This document shows positions 26,234 through 36,295 of a DNA stretch of 64,000 bases, piece after piece. The notes under the pieces are model-generated. The model had not been told where the DNA came from and ran no database searches. It saw only the letters and a list, made by a program, of their open reading frames with translations. The stretch is from an uncultured Chloroflexia bacterium (GTDB lineage Bacteria; Chloroflexota; Limnocylindria; Limnocylindrales; CSP1-4): assembly GCA_963776545.1 (NCBI GenBank), contig CAVZND010000006.1, positions 13,565-77,564 of the forward strand, written 5' to 3'. A program made the position numbers and the translations under genes. Position 1 is the first letter of the stretch. The number at the start of each line of letters is the position of its first letter.

Positions 26234-28090
26234 TCAGGCCTCGGGGGTGGCCGCCTCGATCGGCTCGCCGGCTCGCACCGGGATCCAGACCCGCATCCCG
26301 CGCACCGTCCGGTGGGCCCACGAGGCGTACGGCACCGCGCCGACCTCGATCGCCCTCCCCGTCGCGGAATCGATCGCCGGCATCGTGATCCCCAGCGGGG
26401 CACCCGGAACGTCGTCGCGTGCGACGACGACCGGCTTGACCGATGGCGAGAGGACGACCGCCTCGAGGTCGGTGCCGTCGGGCAGGTCGGCCGTCTCGAC
26501 GCAGAAGACGATCGGTCCGCGTTCGATGGCGACGCAGCCGCGGATCGCGTCGATGCGGGGATCCGGCTCGGTCACGCGGACGGGCATCTCGAGCGACAGG
26601 ACGACCCGGTCGCCGGCACGCCAGGCGCGAGTCTCCTGGACCACCCGGGCCCCATCGGCGACCGGCGCAGGCTCGTTCGACCCGATCCGGAGCGCCGCCG
26701 ACCGGCTCCAGGCCGGGATCCGCATCGACAGGGTCCACGGGCGCTCCGGGGCCTCCTCGACGGTCACGGCGATCTCGCCGCTCCACGGGTAGTCGGTGTC
26801 GACCGCGAGGCGGACGGAGCCGCCGGCGACCTCGACGTGGAACGACGCCGTCGCGTACTGATGGAGCTGGATCCCATCCGCATCGGCCGTCGCGAGGTAT
26901 TGCTGCCAGGAACTGAGCGTGCGCATGACGTTCGGTGGGCAGCAGGCGCAGGGGAACCACGGCTGGCGCTCACCGGTGCCCGAGGTGGCAGCCGCGCCGT
27001 TGGTCCGCCGCTGGAGCGGGTTCACATAGAAGAACTCGGTCCCCGCGGCCGACACGCCGGACAGGACCCCGTTGAACATCGTCCGCTCGATGACGTCGGC
27101 GCAGTCCGGATCGCCCGTCGCGAGCAACAGCCGCCAGGCGAGCATCACGCTCGCGATCGCCGCGCAGGTCTCGGCATATGCCCGGTCGGGCGGCAGTTCG
27201 AACGGATCGCCGATGGCTTCGTCGCTGTGTCGGCTGCCGACCCCCCCGGTGAGGTAGCTCCGCGTGGCGACCAGGTCGCGCCAGCGGCGCAGGACCGCGT
27301 CGAGCAGCGCCTGATCGCCCAACTCGACGGCGACGTCGACCGCGCCACAGTCGAGGTACAGCTGGCGGACGGCGTGACCCGTGGGAGTCGGCGCCTCGCG
27401 CACGGGCGCGTGATCCTGCCAGTAGGCCGACCCGAAGCGACCGGTCCCGAGCAACCCATGGCCACGCAGGTCGATCATCCGCGCGGCCAGGTCCAGGTGC
27501 CGCCGATCGCCGGTCGTGCGGTACAGCTCGACCAGGGCCATCTCGATCTCCGGATGCCCGTCGATGGCGTCCCGCCCGCCCGGGCCGAGCTCGTGCTCGA
27601 CCGAGTCGACCGCACGCAAGGCGATGTCGAGCAATCGGTCGTCGCCCAACGCCCGATGCCAGGCGACCGCCGCCTGGACGAGGTGCCCGACGTTGTACAG
27701 CTCGTGGCCCCACGCGAGGTCTCGATAGGTCTCGCCGCCGCCGACGACCTGGACGTAGCTGTCGATGTAGCCGTCCGGACGTTGGGCCGCGGCCACGAGG
27801 CCGATGACCTCGTCGGCCTCGCGGGCGAGCTCGGGGTCCGGCGCCCGGCCGAGTTCCCAGCCGACGGCCTCGAGCCACTTGTAGACGTCGGTGTCGAGGA
27901 ACGGGTAGATCACCCCGAGGGGTTCGCTCAGCGCCCGATACCGGCCCGGCTGTCCCGCGGCCATACGCAGATTGGCGAAGTTGCCGACGCGGTCGAGTTC
28001 GGCGAAGCCATGTCCGATCGTGCGCTCGCGATTGGTCCGGACCCGGTCGGCCCACAGGCCGCCGGTCATGGTCACGTCCGGCGCGCTCAT
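26234..28090 (-). CDS. glycoside hydrolase family 127 (beta-L-arabinofuranosidase, DUF1680-type)
   Basis: 618 aa from the ATG at 28090. Contains DTDVYKWLEA, GHELYNVGHL and DGHPEIEMALVELY, a typical GH127 N-terminal (alpha/alpha)6 region. Confidence 0.75.
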   Translation of the reverse strand: MSAPDVTMTGGLWADRVRTNRERTIGHGFAELDRVGNFANLRMAAGQPGRYRALSEPLGVIYPFLDTDVYKWLEAVGWELGRAPDPELAREADEVIGLVAAAQRPDGYIDSYVQVVGGGETYRDLAWGHELYNVGHLVQAAVAWHRALGDDRLLDIALRAVDSVEHELGPGGRDAIDGHPEIEMALVELYRTTGDRRHLDLAARMIDLRGHGLLGTGRFGSAYWQDHAPVREAPTPTGHAVRQLYLDCGAVDVAVELGDQALLDAVLRRWRDLVATRSYLTGGVGSRHSDEAIGDPFELPPDRAYAETCAAIASVMLAWRLLLATGDPDCADVIERTMFNGVLSGVSAAGTEFFYVNPLQRRTNGAAATSGTGERQPWFPCACCPPNVMRTLSSWQQYLATADADGIQLHQYATASFHVEVAGGSVRLAVDTDYPWSGEIAVTVEEAPERPWTLSMRIPAWSRSAALRIGSNEPAPVADGARVVQETRAWRAGDRVVLSLEMPVRVTEPDPRIDAIRGCVAIERGPIVFCVETADLPDGTDLEAVVLSPSVKPVVVARDDVPGAPLGITMPAIDSATGRAIEVGAVPYASWAHRTVRGMRVWIPVRAGEPIEAATPEA

Positions 28091-28160
28091 CGGGGACAGG
28101 GTCGAGATCGCCGAGCGGCAGGGCAGCACGACGCTCACGGACGCGCGGCTCGTCCCGGTC

Positions 28161-28331
28161 TCAGACGCCACGGTCGAGGAAGTAGTAGGCATGGTTCCAA
28201 CGGAGCTCCCGTTTGAGGCAGGCGGCGATCCGGCCGGCATGCTCGTCGACCTGCCGCAGCACGTCATCGCCGTACAGCCGCTGGCTGCCGGTCACGAACC
28301 ACACCTCGAGCTCGGGCAGGCCTCTGCTCAC
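28161..28331 (-). pseudogene. araA: remnant of L-arabinose isomerase (araA): only the first ~36 codons are retained
   Basis: GTG at 28331 is preceded by GGAGG. The translation MSRGLPELEVWFVTGSQRLYGDDVLRQVDEHAGRIAACL matches the AraA N-terminus (E. coli [21 protein letters not shown]). It then diverges and stops after 56 codons. It is below the size cut-off of the ORF track. Confidence 0.7.
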
Positions 28332-28382
28332 CGATCCTCCACCCTCGACCGTCTCCGCTGGACGGAGAGCATACGAACGCTA

Positions 28383-28394
28383 GCATACGTTTGC
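28383..28394. promoter_or_regulatory. LacI-type near-palindrome GCATACGTTTGC
   Basis: 10 of 12 positions are symmetric with a central CG. A second CATACG lies 14 bp to the left. The site sits in the gap between the permease gene and the araA stump. Confidence 0.25.
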
Positions 28395-28445
28395 ATGAGC
28401 GGCATCCCGACGTCACCCGAGGGGCGGGCGGCCGGTCCGCGACGG

Positions 28446-29324
28446 TCACTTGAGGGCGCCGGACGTGAGCCCGGAGACGTAGTACTTCTGCAGCAGCAGG
28501 TAGATGCCGATGCACGGGATCATCGAGATCGTGATCCCGGCCTGGAGCATGCCCCAGTCGGTGCCGCCGAGGCTCGTCTCGGCACGGGCGGCGGCCAGGA
28601 TGAGCGGCAACGTGAACGTCGAGCCCTTGCTCATCAGGACCAGCGCGCCGAGGAACTCGTTCCAGGACGTCACGAAGGCGAACAGCGCGACCGTGACGAT
28701 CGCCGGGACGACGGCCGGGATGAAGACGTGGATGAGGGTCTGCCAGGAATTGGCGCCGTCTGTGACCGCGGCCTCCTCGAGCTCCCGTCGGCACCGCCTC
28801 GAAGCTGTTGCGCATGATGTAGAGGCTGAACGGCAGCTGGATCGCGGTATGGACGATGGCCAGGCCGATGAGGGTGTTCGTCAGCTTGAGCTGCGCGAAC
28901 ATCAGGAAGATCGGCGTCAGCAGGGCCTGGTACGGGATGATCAGTGCCAGGAGCAGGAAGATGAAGATCAGCTCCTTGCCCGGCACCGGGAACCGCGCCA
29001 GACCATACCCGGCCGTGATGGTCAGCACGAGCGTGAAGGCGATCGTCAGGAACGCCGTCCCGAAGCTGTTCCAGAGGTACGTCGGCAGGCCGGCCTGGTA
29101 CGACCACAGCCGGGCGTAGCTGTCGAGGCTCAAGCCGTGCGGGAAGTACGTCGGCGGCACGGCCGCGGCCTCGGCGGTCGTCTTCACCGAGGCCGTGATC
29201 GAAAAGAGGATCGGCATGACCATGAGCGCGCAGATCGCGAGGCAGAGCGCGCCGACGAGATACCGGTTGCGCCCGCGAGGACGCGCGACCGCGACCGGGT
29301 TCGCTGTGCCGCGACGGCCGTCAT
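28446..29324 (-). pseudogene. CUT1 sugar ABC transporter permease (AraQ-like), two frameshifts
   Basis: ATG at 29324 (ATGA with the upstream stop) gives MTAVAAQRTRSRSRVLAG. The frame changes near 29268-29277 to NRYLVGALCLAICALMVMPILF...NSFEAVP. It changes again near 28786-28793 to RELEEAAVTDGANSWQ...TSWNEFLGAL...GALK. Confidence 0.8.
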
Positions 29325-30200
29325 CCCCGGCTCCGACGGGTCAGTGCCATCTGCACGATCGTGAACAGCAGGATGATCACGGCCAGGATGAGCGACAGGG
29401 CCGCCCCGTAGCCGAGCTTCAGGTACGGGAACGAGTTGAGGTAGACGTAGAACACCGCGGTCGCGGTCTGATTGAACGGCTGGCCCGCGGTCATGATGTA
29501 GAACTGGTCGAAGGCCAGCAGCGAGCCGATCACGCTGACCAGCGTGACCAGCAGGACGGTCGACTTGGTCAGCGGCAGGGTGACCCGCCGGGTGCGCTGC
29601 CAGAAGCTGGCACCGTCGACCATCGTCGCTTCATTGATCTCGGTCGGGATGGCCTGGATCGCGGCGACGAACAGGATCATGCCGAAACCGAGCACCTTCC
29701 AGACGACGGACGTGATGATCGCCCACGTGGAGACGTCGGCGTCGGTCCCGAGCCATTGGATCGGCTTTTCGATGAGGCCGATGTCGGACAGGAACTGGTT
29801 GATGTAGCCGAACGTCGGGATCGAACAGCCAGACCCAGAGCAGGCTCGAGACGCCCAGGCCGATGACGACGGGCACGAAGATGACCGCGCGCGTGAACCG
29901 CCGCAGGGGCGTGTTCGGTGACACCAGCAGGGCGAGCAGGTACCCGCCGATCATCAGGATCGGCGTGATGAGCAGCGTGTACTTGAGGGTGTAGCCGAGC
30001 GAGACCCAGAACTGGGCGTCGTTGAAGGCCCGGATGAAGTTGTTGAACCCGATGAACTTCGGCGGCGTGATCAACGTCCAGCTGTTGAGCGAGACCCAGG
30101 CCATCTGGATCAGCGGATAGGCCGTGAAGGCCAGCACGAAGAGCAGCGCCGGCGTCAGGTACAGCAGCCCGATCAGCTTGTAGCGCCGTCTCGCATACAT
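29321..30200 (-). pseudogene. CUT1 sugar ABC transporter permease (AraP-like), one frameshift
   Basis: The N-terminal frame MYARRRYKLIGLLYLTPALLF...LWVWLFDP breaks near 29814-29819. It continues in another frame as FGYINQFLSDIGLIEKPIQWLG...VLGFGMILFVAAIQAIPTEINEA. Confidence 0.8.
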
Positions 30201-30342
30201 GCCGGGTCTCCAGCGATCAGTGGAATCGTAGATGGACGCCGTCGGAGGAGCCAGCCTGGGCGCGGCGGACGGCGTCAGATGTGGCCGCGGCGCTTCCTTC
30301 GAAGCGCCGCGGCCGCCGGGTGGAGGAGGGCTACTGTCAGCT

Positions 30343-31763
30343 CTAGCCGCAGGAGATCCCCTTCATCGCCGTCTTGCCGTCGGCGATGATCTTGTCGAGA
30401 TCGTCCGTGGAGTAGTAGGCCTTCTGGAGCATCTGCAGCCAGGGGCCCTGGGGTGAGTTGATCTGCTCGAAGAACGTCAGGGTGTACGGCGTCCGGCCGA
30501 CGGCCAGCGCCTTGGCGACGTCCTGGACGAGCGGCTCGGCCTTGTAGTACTGGTTGTCGACGAGCTTCGGGTCGGTGCGGGTCGTGAGGTTGAGCGACTT
30601 GGCGTACAGCTCGACCTGGTTCTCATCGGTCAGCAGGTAGTGCATGAAGGCGAGGGCGTCATCGACCCGCTTGCTGCCCTTCGGGATGACCACGAGGTCA
30701 CCGCCGATGAACGAGGCGGACTTGCCCGCTTCCTGGCCCGGCAGCAGGCTGATGCCGAACTCGAAGGGATGGTCCTTCATCTGGTCGCGCGCGAGCACGA
30801 TATTGAAGTTCCCGGTGCCCATCATGCCCAGCGTGCCTGAGCCGAACTGCAGGTGGAACGTGGCCCCGGTCTCGGCGCGGGCCCCCTCGGGGACGTTGCC
30901 GGCGGCGACCATGTCACGAGTGAACTGGAGCACCTGCTTGACGCCCTCGCCGACGAGCGGCTCGTCGCCGCACTTGCCGGCCTCGATGGTGGCGCCGTTG
31001 GCCCACATCAGCGGACCGACGGTGAAGATGTTGCAACCGGCGCAGTTGCCGGGCAGGTAGTAGCCCTTGGTGTCGCCGCCCAGCTTGGTGATCGCGTCCG
31101 CGTAGGTCCGCATCTCCGCCTGGGTGGTCGGCGGCTTGTTGGGATCGAGCCCGGCCTTCTTGAACAGGTCCTTGTTGTAGAACAGCGCCGAGACGTCGGC
31201 GTACAGCGGGACGCCGAACAGTCGGTCGTTGAAGGTCGCGACCTGCTTGTGGCCCGGGCTGACATCGGCCAGCTCCGTCCAGGCCTTTGTCTGGTCGGTG
31301 ATGTCGGTCAGCTGTCCGGCATCCTCGAACTGCGGGGCGTAGATCAGGTCCATGCCCATCAGGTCCGGGACGTCGCCCGAGGCGATGCCCTGGGCGATCT
31401 TGGCCACCATGTCGGTGTGGACGATGTAGCTCAGGTTGATCGGCTTCGTCGGGTTCGCCGCGTTCCAGGCGCAGACGAGGATGTCGACCATCTCCTTGTT
31501 CCCGCCCGAGCGCTCCCACATCTGCATCGCGTTGGCGTCGGTGCTCTGGGCGCAGGCCTTCGCGGGCTGCGGCGTCGGGACCGCCGCGGGCGCGGACGCG
31601 GACGCGGCGCGGTACGCGCTCGCCGCGGCGTGCCGGTCGCCGCCGGCGGTGCGGCCGATGGCGCGGCCGCGCTCGGCGCGGTGCTCGCTGTCCCCGAGCT
31701 GCACGCGGCGATCAACAGGATCGTCGCGATCGCGAGGGCGGGCAACCTGAGTTGGTTCCTCAT
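30343..31763 (-). pseudogene. CUT1 sugar ABC transporter substrate-binding lipoprotein; the signal peptide is out of frame with the mature domain
   Basis: Lipoprotein signal MRNQLRLPALAIATILLIAAC (ATG at 31763) is in one frame. The mature domain (MQMWERSGGNKEMVDIL...KGISCG) is in another. The switch lies in the Ala/Pro linker around 31610-31650. Confidence 0.7.
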
Positions 31764-31950
31764 CCCTGTGCTCCTCCATCTCGACGGACCCGACCTGTCC
31801 GGTGAGCGAAATGCTGCCGGTTCGCAGCGCCGGGCTGGGACACATTAACACGCACGCAAACGAGTGCATACATTCGATTGCAGTAGGATTTCAGTCGACG
31901 GGACGGAGCGGCTGGCCGTGCGCCGGCGGTCACCCGAGGCGGAGGGATCG

Positions 31951-32922
31951 ATGGACGGCGTGCGACTCGGGATCAACCTGTGGAGCCAGGCGAGCGACTG
32001 GCCGTCGTTCCTCGAGGCGGCCCAGCGAGCCGACCGACTCGGCTACGACCACCTCTGGACCTGGGACCACCTGCTGGCGATCTTCGGCGACCCGGACCAG
32101 CCCATCTTCGAGGGCTACACGGCCTTGGCCGCCCTCGCCCAGGCGACGGAGCACGTGCAGCTGGGCCTCTTCGTGGGCGCGAACACCTTCCGCAACCCCG
32201 GCCTGGCCGTCAAGAGCGTCACGACCATCGACCACATCAGCGGCGGCCGGACGATCATGGGCCTCGGCGGGGCCTGGTTCGGGGCGGAGCACGACGCCTT
32301 CGGCCTCGATTTCGGGGCTGGGTTCGGCGAGCGACTCGACTGGCTGTCGGAGGCGGTCGGCGCGGCCCGCGTGCTGCTCGACGGCGGCGAGGTCACCAGT
32401 CCGCCCGGCGGTCGGTACGCCTTCGACCGCCTCCGGATCCTGCCCGTCCCGGTCCAGGCCCACCTGCCGATCATGGTCGGTGGCGCAGGCGAGCGGAAGA
32501 CGCTGCGCATCGTCGCCCAGTACGCCGACATGTGGAACGTCTTCGGGCTGCCGGACGAGCTGGTCCACAAGGACCAGGTCCTGCGCGCCCACTGCGCCTC
32601 CGTCGGGCGCGATCCGGACACGATCGAGCGGACCGTCGGCTGCAAGATCACCATCCGCGGGACCGAGGCCGAGGCCGAACGCGTCCGGCGATCCCTGCTC
32701 GAGCACAACAGGACCACGCTCGAGCGGGTCGAGGGCGATCACACGTTCTGGACGGGCACGCCCGAGCAGATCGCGGAGACGATGCTCGCCTATCGACGGA
32801 TCGGGTTCCACACGTTCATCGTCGAGCTGGCCGCGCCCTACGACGTCGAGACGATGGAGAGCCTCATCCACGTCGTCAAGCCGATGGTCGACGACGCGAT
32901 GCGACCGACCGGCGTCGGCTGA
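31951..32922 (+). CDS. LLM-class (luciferase-like) F420/flavin-dependent oxidoreductase
   Basis: ATG at 31951 follows GGAGGG. Reads GINLWSQ...YDHLWTWDHL...GGRTIMGLGGAW...MVGGAGERKTL. Confidence 0.75.
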   Translation: MDGVRLGINLWSQASDWPSFLEAAQRADRLGYDHLWTWDHLLAIFGDPDQPIFEGYTALAALAQATEHVQLGLFVGANTFRNPGLAVKSVTTIDHISGGRTIMGLGGAWFGAEHDAFGLDFGAGFGERLDWLSEAVGAARVLLDGGEVTSPPGGRYAFDRLRILPVPVQAHLPIMVGGAGERKTLRIVAQYADMWNVFGLPDELVHKDQVLRAHCASVGRDPDTIERTVGCKITIRGTEAEAERVRRSLLEHNRTTLERVEGDHTFWTGTPEQIAETMLAYRRIGFHTFIVELAAPYDVETMESLIHVVKPMVDDAMRPTGVG

Positions 32923-32928
32923 CGTGTC

Positions 32929-33795
32929 CTACCGACCCGATCCGACCTCTTCGAACGCCAGGTCGATCACCAGCCGGAGCGTCTCCCCCGCCGGCAGCAT
33001 GACCAATCCGCCCGGCTCGCCGCCGAGCAGCCGGCGAACCGCCTGCGGGGCGTGCGTCTCGGGCTCGACGGCGACTGCGCCGACCCGGCCGGGGCTGGCG
33101 GCGACGATGTACGGCGCGGGCGGCTGCGTCCGCATCGTCGCCCGAAGGCCCAGCTCGTCCCACTGGAGCTCGACCGGGGGTTCCGCGACGCTGGTCCACG
33201 TGCCGTCGAGGTCGTCGGCCATCGGAGCCAGTCCCCGCAGGTCGTAGGCGCCCGCGACCGGTGCCGGCCGCGGCTCGGTCGCGAGGTTGTCGGCGAAGAA
33301 CTCGTCGGCGTGGACCGCCACCCGGACCGGCCGGAGGAACCAGGGGTGGATGCCCATGCCGGCCGGCATCGGATCGTCGGACGTGTTCGTCAGCCCCAGG
33401 TCGATCCGGAGCGTCGCCCCATCGACGGTGACCGTCTGCCGCACGTCGTAGGTCCACGGCCAGCCATCGCCGCCGGCGGAGACGACGAAGCTGCCCTCGC
33501 CCGCGCGGGTCCAGGGCCGCAGGTACACCTGGCCGTGGATGGCCGTGCCGTCGGGGAAGTTCGATGCCAGGTCGACCGTCCGGGAGCCGATCGCGGTCGG
33601 GCGGGCCTCGATCCGGTTGCACCAGGGCGCCATCACGTAGGAGCCCCAGAAGAACGGGTCGGCGAGGTGCGTGGCCGGGTCGTCGGGCGTCAGGATGATG
33701 TCGCGCCCGAACGCGCGGACGCGATGGAGCCGGGCCCCGGCGTCGGGCAGCACGACCACCTCGAGTGGCCCATCGGCGATCACGACCTCGTCCAT
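32929..33795 (-). CDS. aldose 1-epimerase family protein
   Basis: 288 aa. Contains VMAPWCNRI, AIHGQVYLRPW and GMGIHPWF. Confidence 0.75.
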   Translation of the reverse strand: MDEVVIADGPLEVVVLPDAGARLHRVRAFGRDIILTPDDPATHLADPFFWGSYVMAPWCNRIEARPTAIGSRTVDLASNFPDGTAIHGQVYLRPWTRAGEGSFVVSAGGDGWPWTYDVRQTVTVDGATLRIDLGLTNTSDDPMPAGMGIHPWFLRPVRVAVHADEFFADNLATEPRPAPVAGAYDLRGLAPMADDLDGTWTSVAEPPVELQWDELGLRATMRTQPPAPYIVAASPGRVGAVAVEPETHAPQAVRRLLGGEPGGLVMLPAGETLRLVIDLAFEEVGSGR

Positions 33796-33813
33796 CGAGC
33801 GCCTTCCCTTCCG

Positions 33814-35193
33814 TCAGTTCGCCACGACCATGGCTCGGTCCGGTCGCAGCAGGAACGGCGGCAGGACGGCCGGCATGTTCGAGAACGGCAGGACATCGGG
33901 GTGCAGGTCGATGCCGAGCGACTCCGCCATGAACCGCCGCCGCGCCTCGATCCGCCGCCAGGCGACCGGGTAACGCGTGGCGAGCTCTTCGCGGAGCGTC
34001 TGGTCGGCCAGGGCGATGCCGTCCTCGATATTGGTCGTGAAGTAGGCCGTGCCGGTCGCCGGGATGATATCGACCTGGAGCGCCATCCCGGAGCGCAGCT
34101 CGGTCGTCGAGCCGGGCCCGACCGGCGAGTTGACCCACTCGTCGAGGTGGAGCTGGTGGCCCGGGTTCAGGAAGATGCCGAAGAACGGGTCGGCCAGGCG
34201 GCGATCGATGATCGCCTGGAGGGTTCCGCCGGTCTGGCCGATGTGGAGCGCCCCGTACCACTCGGTCACGGCCTCGAAGTACGGCCCGACGAGCTTCTCG
34301 ACGTAGTCGCCGATGCCGTCGGGCAGCTCGGTCGCGTCCTCGACCACGAAACCGGCGCGACAGGTGAGCGAACCCCAGATGCCGAAGGCCGTCGTGAAGC
34401 GGTCGCCCCGTTCGATGACCCGGTCGCCGGGACTGAGCAGCCCCAGCGTCGCGCGCGGGCCGGCGGTGAGCATCAGGTGGCATGACAGCGGGGTGCCGTC
34501 CCACTCGAGCAGGCGGACGGCCTCGCGTTCGCGCAGCCCCGGGCGCAGCTCGGCGAGCATGTTCCGGATCCCGTTCGACGTCCGGCTGGCGGCGTGCTCG
34601 AAGGCCGCGAGCTGGTCTGCGTCGTTGATGATGCGCAGGCCGTCGGCGGGGTCGATCAGCAGGTCGTTGGCGTTCTCGACGAGCCCGCCCGAGCCGGTCA
34701 GGCGGCGGAGCTCATCGACCAGGTAGGCCGGGACCTCCATCCGGCGGCGATCCGCGTCGGTCTTCCAGCCGAGCACGCCGACCCGTGCCCCCGGCCCGAC
34801 ACCCTCGTCGGCGAGGATCTCGCCAAGCGGGCGCGACCGGTCGCGCGGCTGGCTCGGGAGGCTCAGGTCCTGGTAGCGGTGACGGCGCATCGGGAGCGGC
34901 GCGGCCCCGGCCATGCCGTAGCACTCGTTGCCGACGAGGATGGCGGGCTCGCCGCTCGGGCCGAGCATCAGGATCGCTTCCTCGAAGCGCGGGTCGAAGC
35001 CGGTGAGGAACGACAGGTTGGCGCTGTGCTCGCGGTCGGCGTACACGACCAGACGGTCGTACCCGCGCGCCTCGGCGCGCTCGCGCAACTGCTCGACCCG
35101 TCGCCCGTACGTCGCGGCCGGGATCTCCGGGCGATCGTCCTCGGGCGGACCGAAGTCCGGCAGCCGGATCTCGGCGAGTCGGGCGCCGGTCAA
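33814..35193 (-). CDS. M24-family (creatinase/prolidase pita-bread fold) protein
   Basis: 459 aa from the TTG at 35193 (TTGA overlap with the upstream stop). N-terminal creatinase-like region YDRLVVYADREHSANLSFLTGF. C-terminal pita-bread-like region GHQLHLDEW...ALQVDIIP. Confidence 0.55.
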   Translation of the reverse strand: MTGARLAEIRLPDFGPPEDDRPEIPAATYGRRVEQLRERAEARGYDRLVVYADREHSANLSFLTGFDPRFEEAILMLGPSGEPAILVGNECYGMAGAAPLPMRRHRYQDLSLPSQPRDRSRPLGEILADEGVGPGARVGVLGWKTDADRRRMEVPAYLVDELRRLTGSGGLVENANDLLIDPADGLRIINDADQLAAFEHAASRTSNGIRNMLAELRPGLREREAVRLLEWDGTPLSCHLMLTAGPRATLGLLSPGDRVIERGDRFTTAFGIWGSLTCRAGFVVEDATELPDGIGDYVEKLVGPYFEAVTEWYGALHIGQTGGTLQAIIDRRLADPFFGIFLNPGHQLHLDEWVNSPVGPGSTTELRSGMALQVDIIPATGTAYFTTNIEDGIALADQTLREELATRYPVAWRRIEARRRFMAESLGIDLHPDVLPFSNMPAVLPPFLLRPDRAMVVAN

Positions 35194-36188
35194 ACGCGTC
35201 CGGTCCTCTCGGCAGCCTCGAAGATCCGCTCGATCACCCGCAGGTTGGCGACGGCGTCCTCCGGCGGGACCGGCGTCGGCCCGTCGTCGAGGACGGCCGC
35301 CGCGAACCGCTCGGCCTCGACGGTGTACGGATCGGCCGTCTCGAAGGTCAGCGTCTCGGTGTCCGGTGCGACCGGCGGATCGCCGCCGGCCGTGACGAAC
35401 ACCTGCGTGGGGCGATCCGGGGGGATGTTGAACGGGATGCCGATCGAGATGCGGCCCTCCGTGCCGTAGACATGGACGCGCTGGTCGCTCTCGGCTCGGG
35501 TGGAGCAGGTGAACGAGGCCACGCCGTCCTCGAACGCCAGGATGCCGCTCGTCAGGACATCGACGCCCGTCGTCGGGTCGCGGACCACCGCCGCCTCGAC
35601 ACGGACCGGCTCGGCGCCGAACAGCATCCGGGACAGGTTCACCGAGTAGCACCCGATGTCGAACAGGGCGCCGCCCCCGAAGTCGCGGATGTTGCGGATG
35701 TTCGCCGCATCGTCGTTGAAGTAGGAGAACCAGCTGTCGACCGACACCAGCCGCCCGATGCGACCGGACGCGACGAGCTCGCGAACGGCCACCCACGATG
35801 GATGCAGGCGGTACATGAACGCCTCCATCAGCCGGACGCCCTCGGCCCGACAGACATCGACCATCTCCTGGGCGTCGGCGGCGGTCATCGCCAGTGGCTT
35901 CTCGCACAGCACGTGCTTGCCGGCGCGTGCCGCCGCCATCGTCCATTCGGCGTGGAGGTGGTTCGGCAGCGGGATGTAGACCGCATCGACGTCGGGGTCG
36001 GCCAGAAGCGCCTCGTACGAGCCGTGGATCCGGGGGATGCCAAGGTCTTCGCCCACGCGCCGAGCCCGTTCGACGTCGCGCGAGCCGATCGCCACCACCC
36101 GGCATCGCGCGGCCTTCTGGATCCCGGGGATGACCTTCTGGGTCCCGATATTCGCAGTCGACACGATCCCCCAGCGAAGGTCAGTCAT
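35190..36188 (-). CDS. Gfo/Idh/MocA family oxidoreductase
   Basis: 332 aa. Rossmann N-terminus WGIVSTANIGTQKVIP, then EKPLA and VLCEKP motifs. Confidence 0.85.
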   Translation of the reverse strand: MTDLRWGIVSTANIGTQKVIPGIQKAARCRVVAIGSRDVERARRVGEDLGIPRIHGSYEALLADPDVDAVYIPLPNHLHAEWTMAAARAGKHVLCEKPLAMTAADAQEMVDVCRAEGVRLMEAFMYRLHPSWVAVRELVASGRIGRLVSVDSWFSYFNDDAANIRNIRDFGGGALFDIGCYSVNLSRMLFGAEPVRVEAAVVRDPTTGVDVLTSGILAFEDGVASFTCSTRAESDQRVHVYGTEGRISIGIPFNIPPDRPTQVFVTAGGDPPVAPDTETLTFETADPYTVEAERFAAAVLDDGPTPVPPEDAVANLRVIERIFEAAERTGRV

Positions 36189-36267
36189 GGCTCATCGACA
36201 CGCGCCAACTCCTACTCGGGTGAGGCTGCTTGACACCACCAAGGGCCATGCAACAGTCTGTCACAGA

Positions 36268-36291
36268 ACATTTGGCAGAGAGGAACACAAA
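36268..36291. promoter_or_regulatory. candidate ROK/XylR operator in the divergent Gfo / ROK-regulator region
   Basis: ACATTTGGCAGAGAGGAACACAAA closely resembles the xylA-upstream palindrome at 44019-44045. It shares ACATTTG, GAGAG and CACAAA in the same order. Confidence 0.4.
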
Positions 36292-36295
36292 CCCC

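Noticed and set aside
33052-34485. 477-aa plus-strand ORF across the aldose-epimerase and M24 genes.
   Set aside because: It is antisense to two genes with recognisable family motifs, and its translation is Arg/Gly/Asp/Pro-rich shadow sequence.
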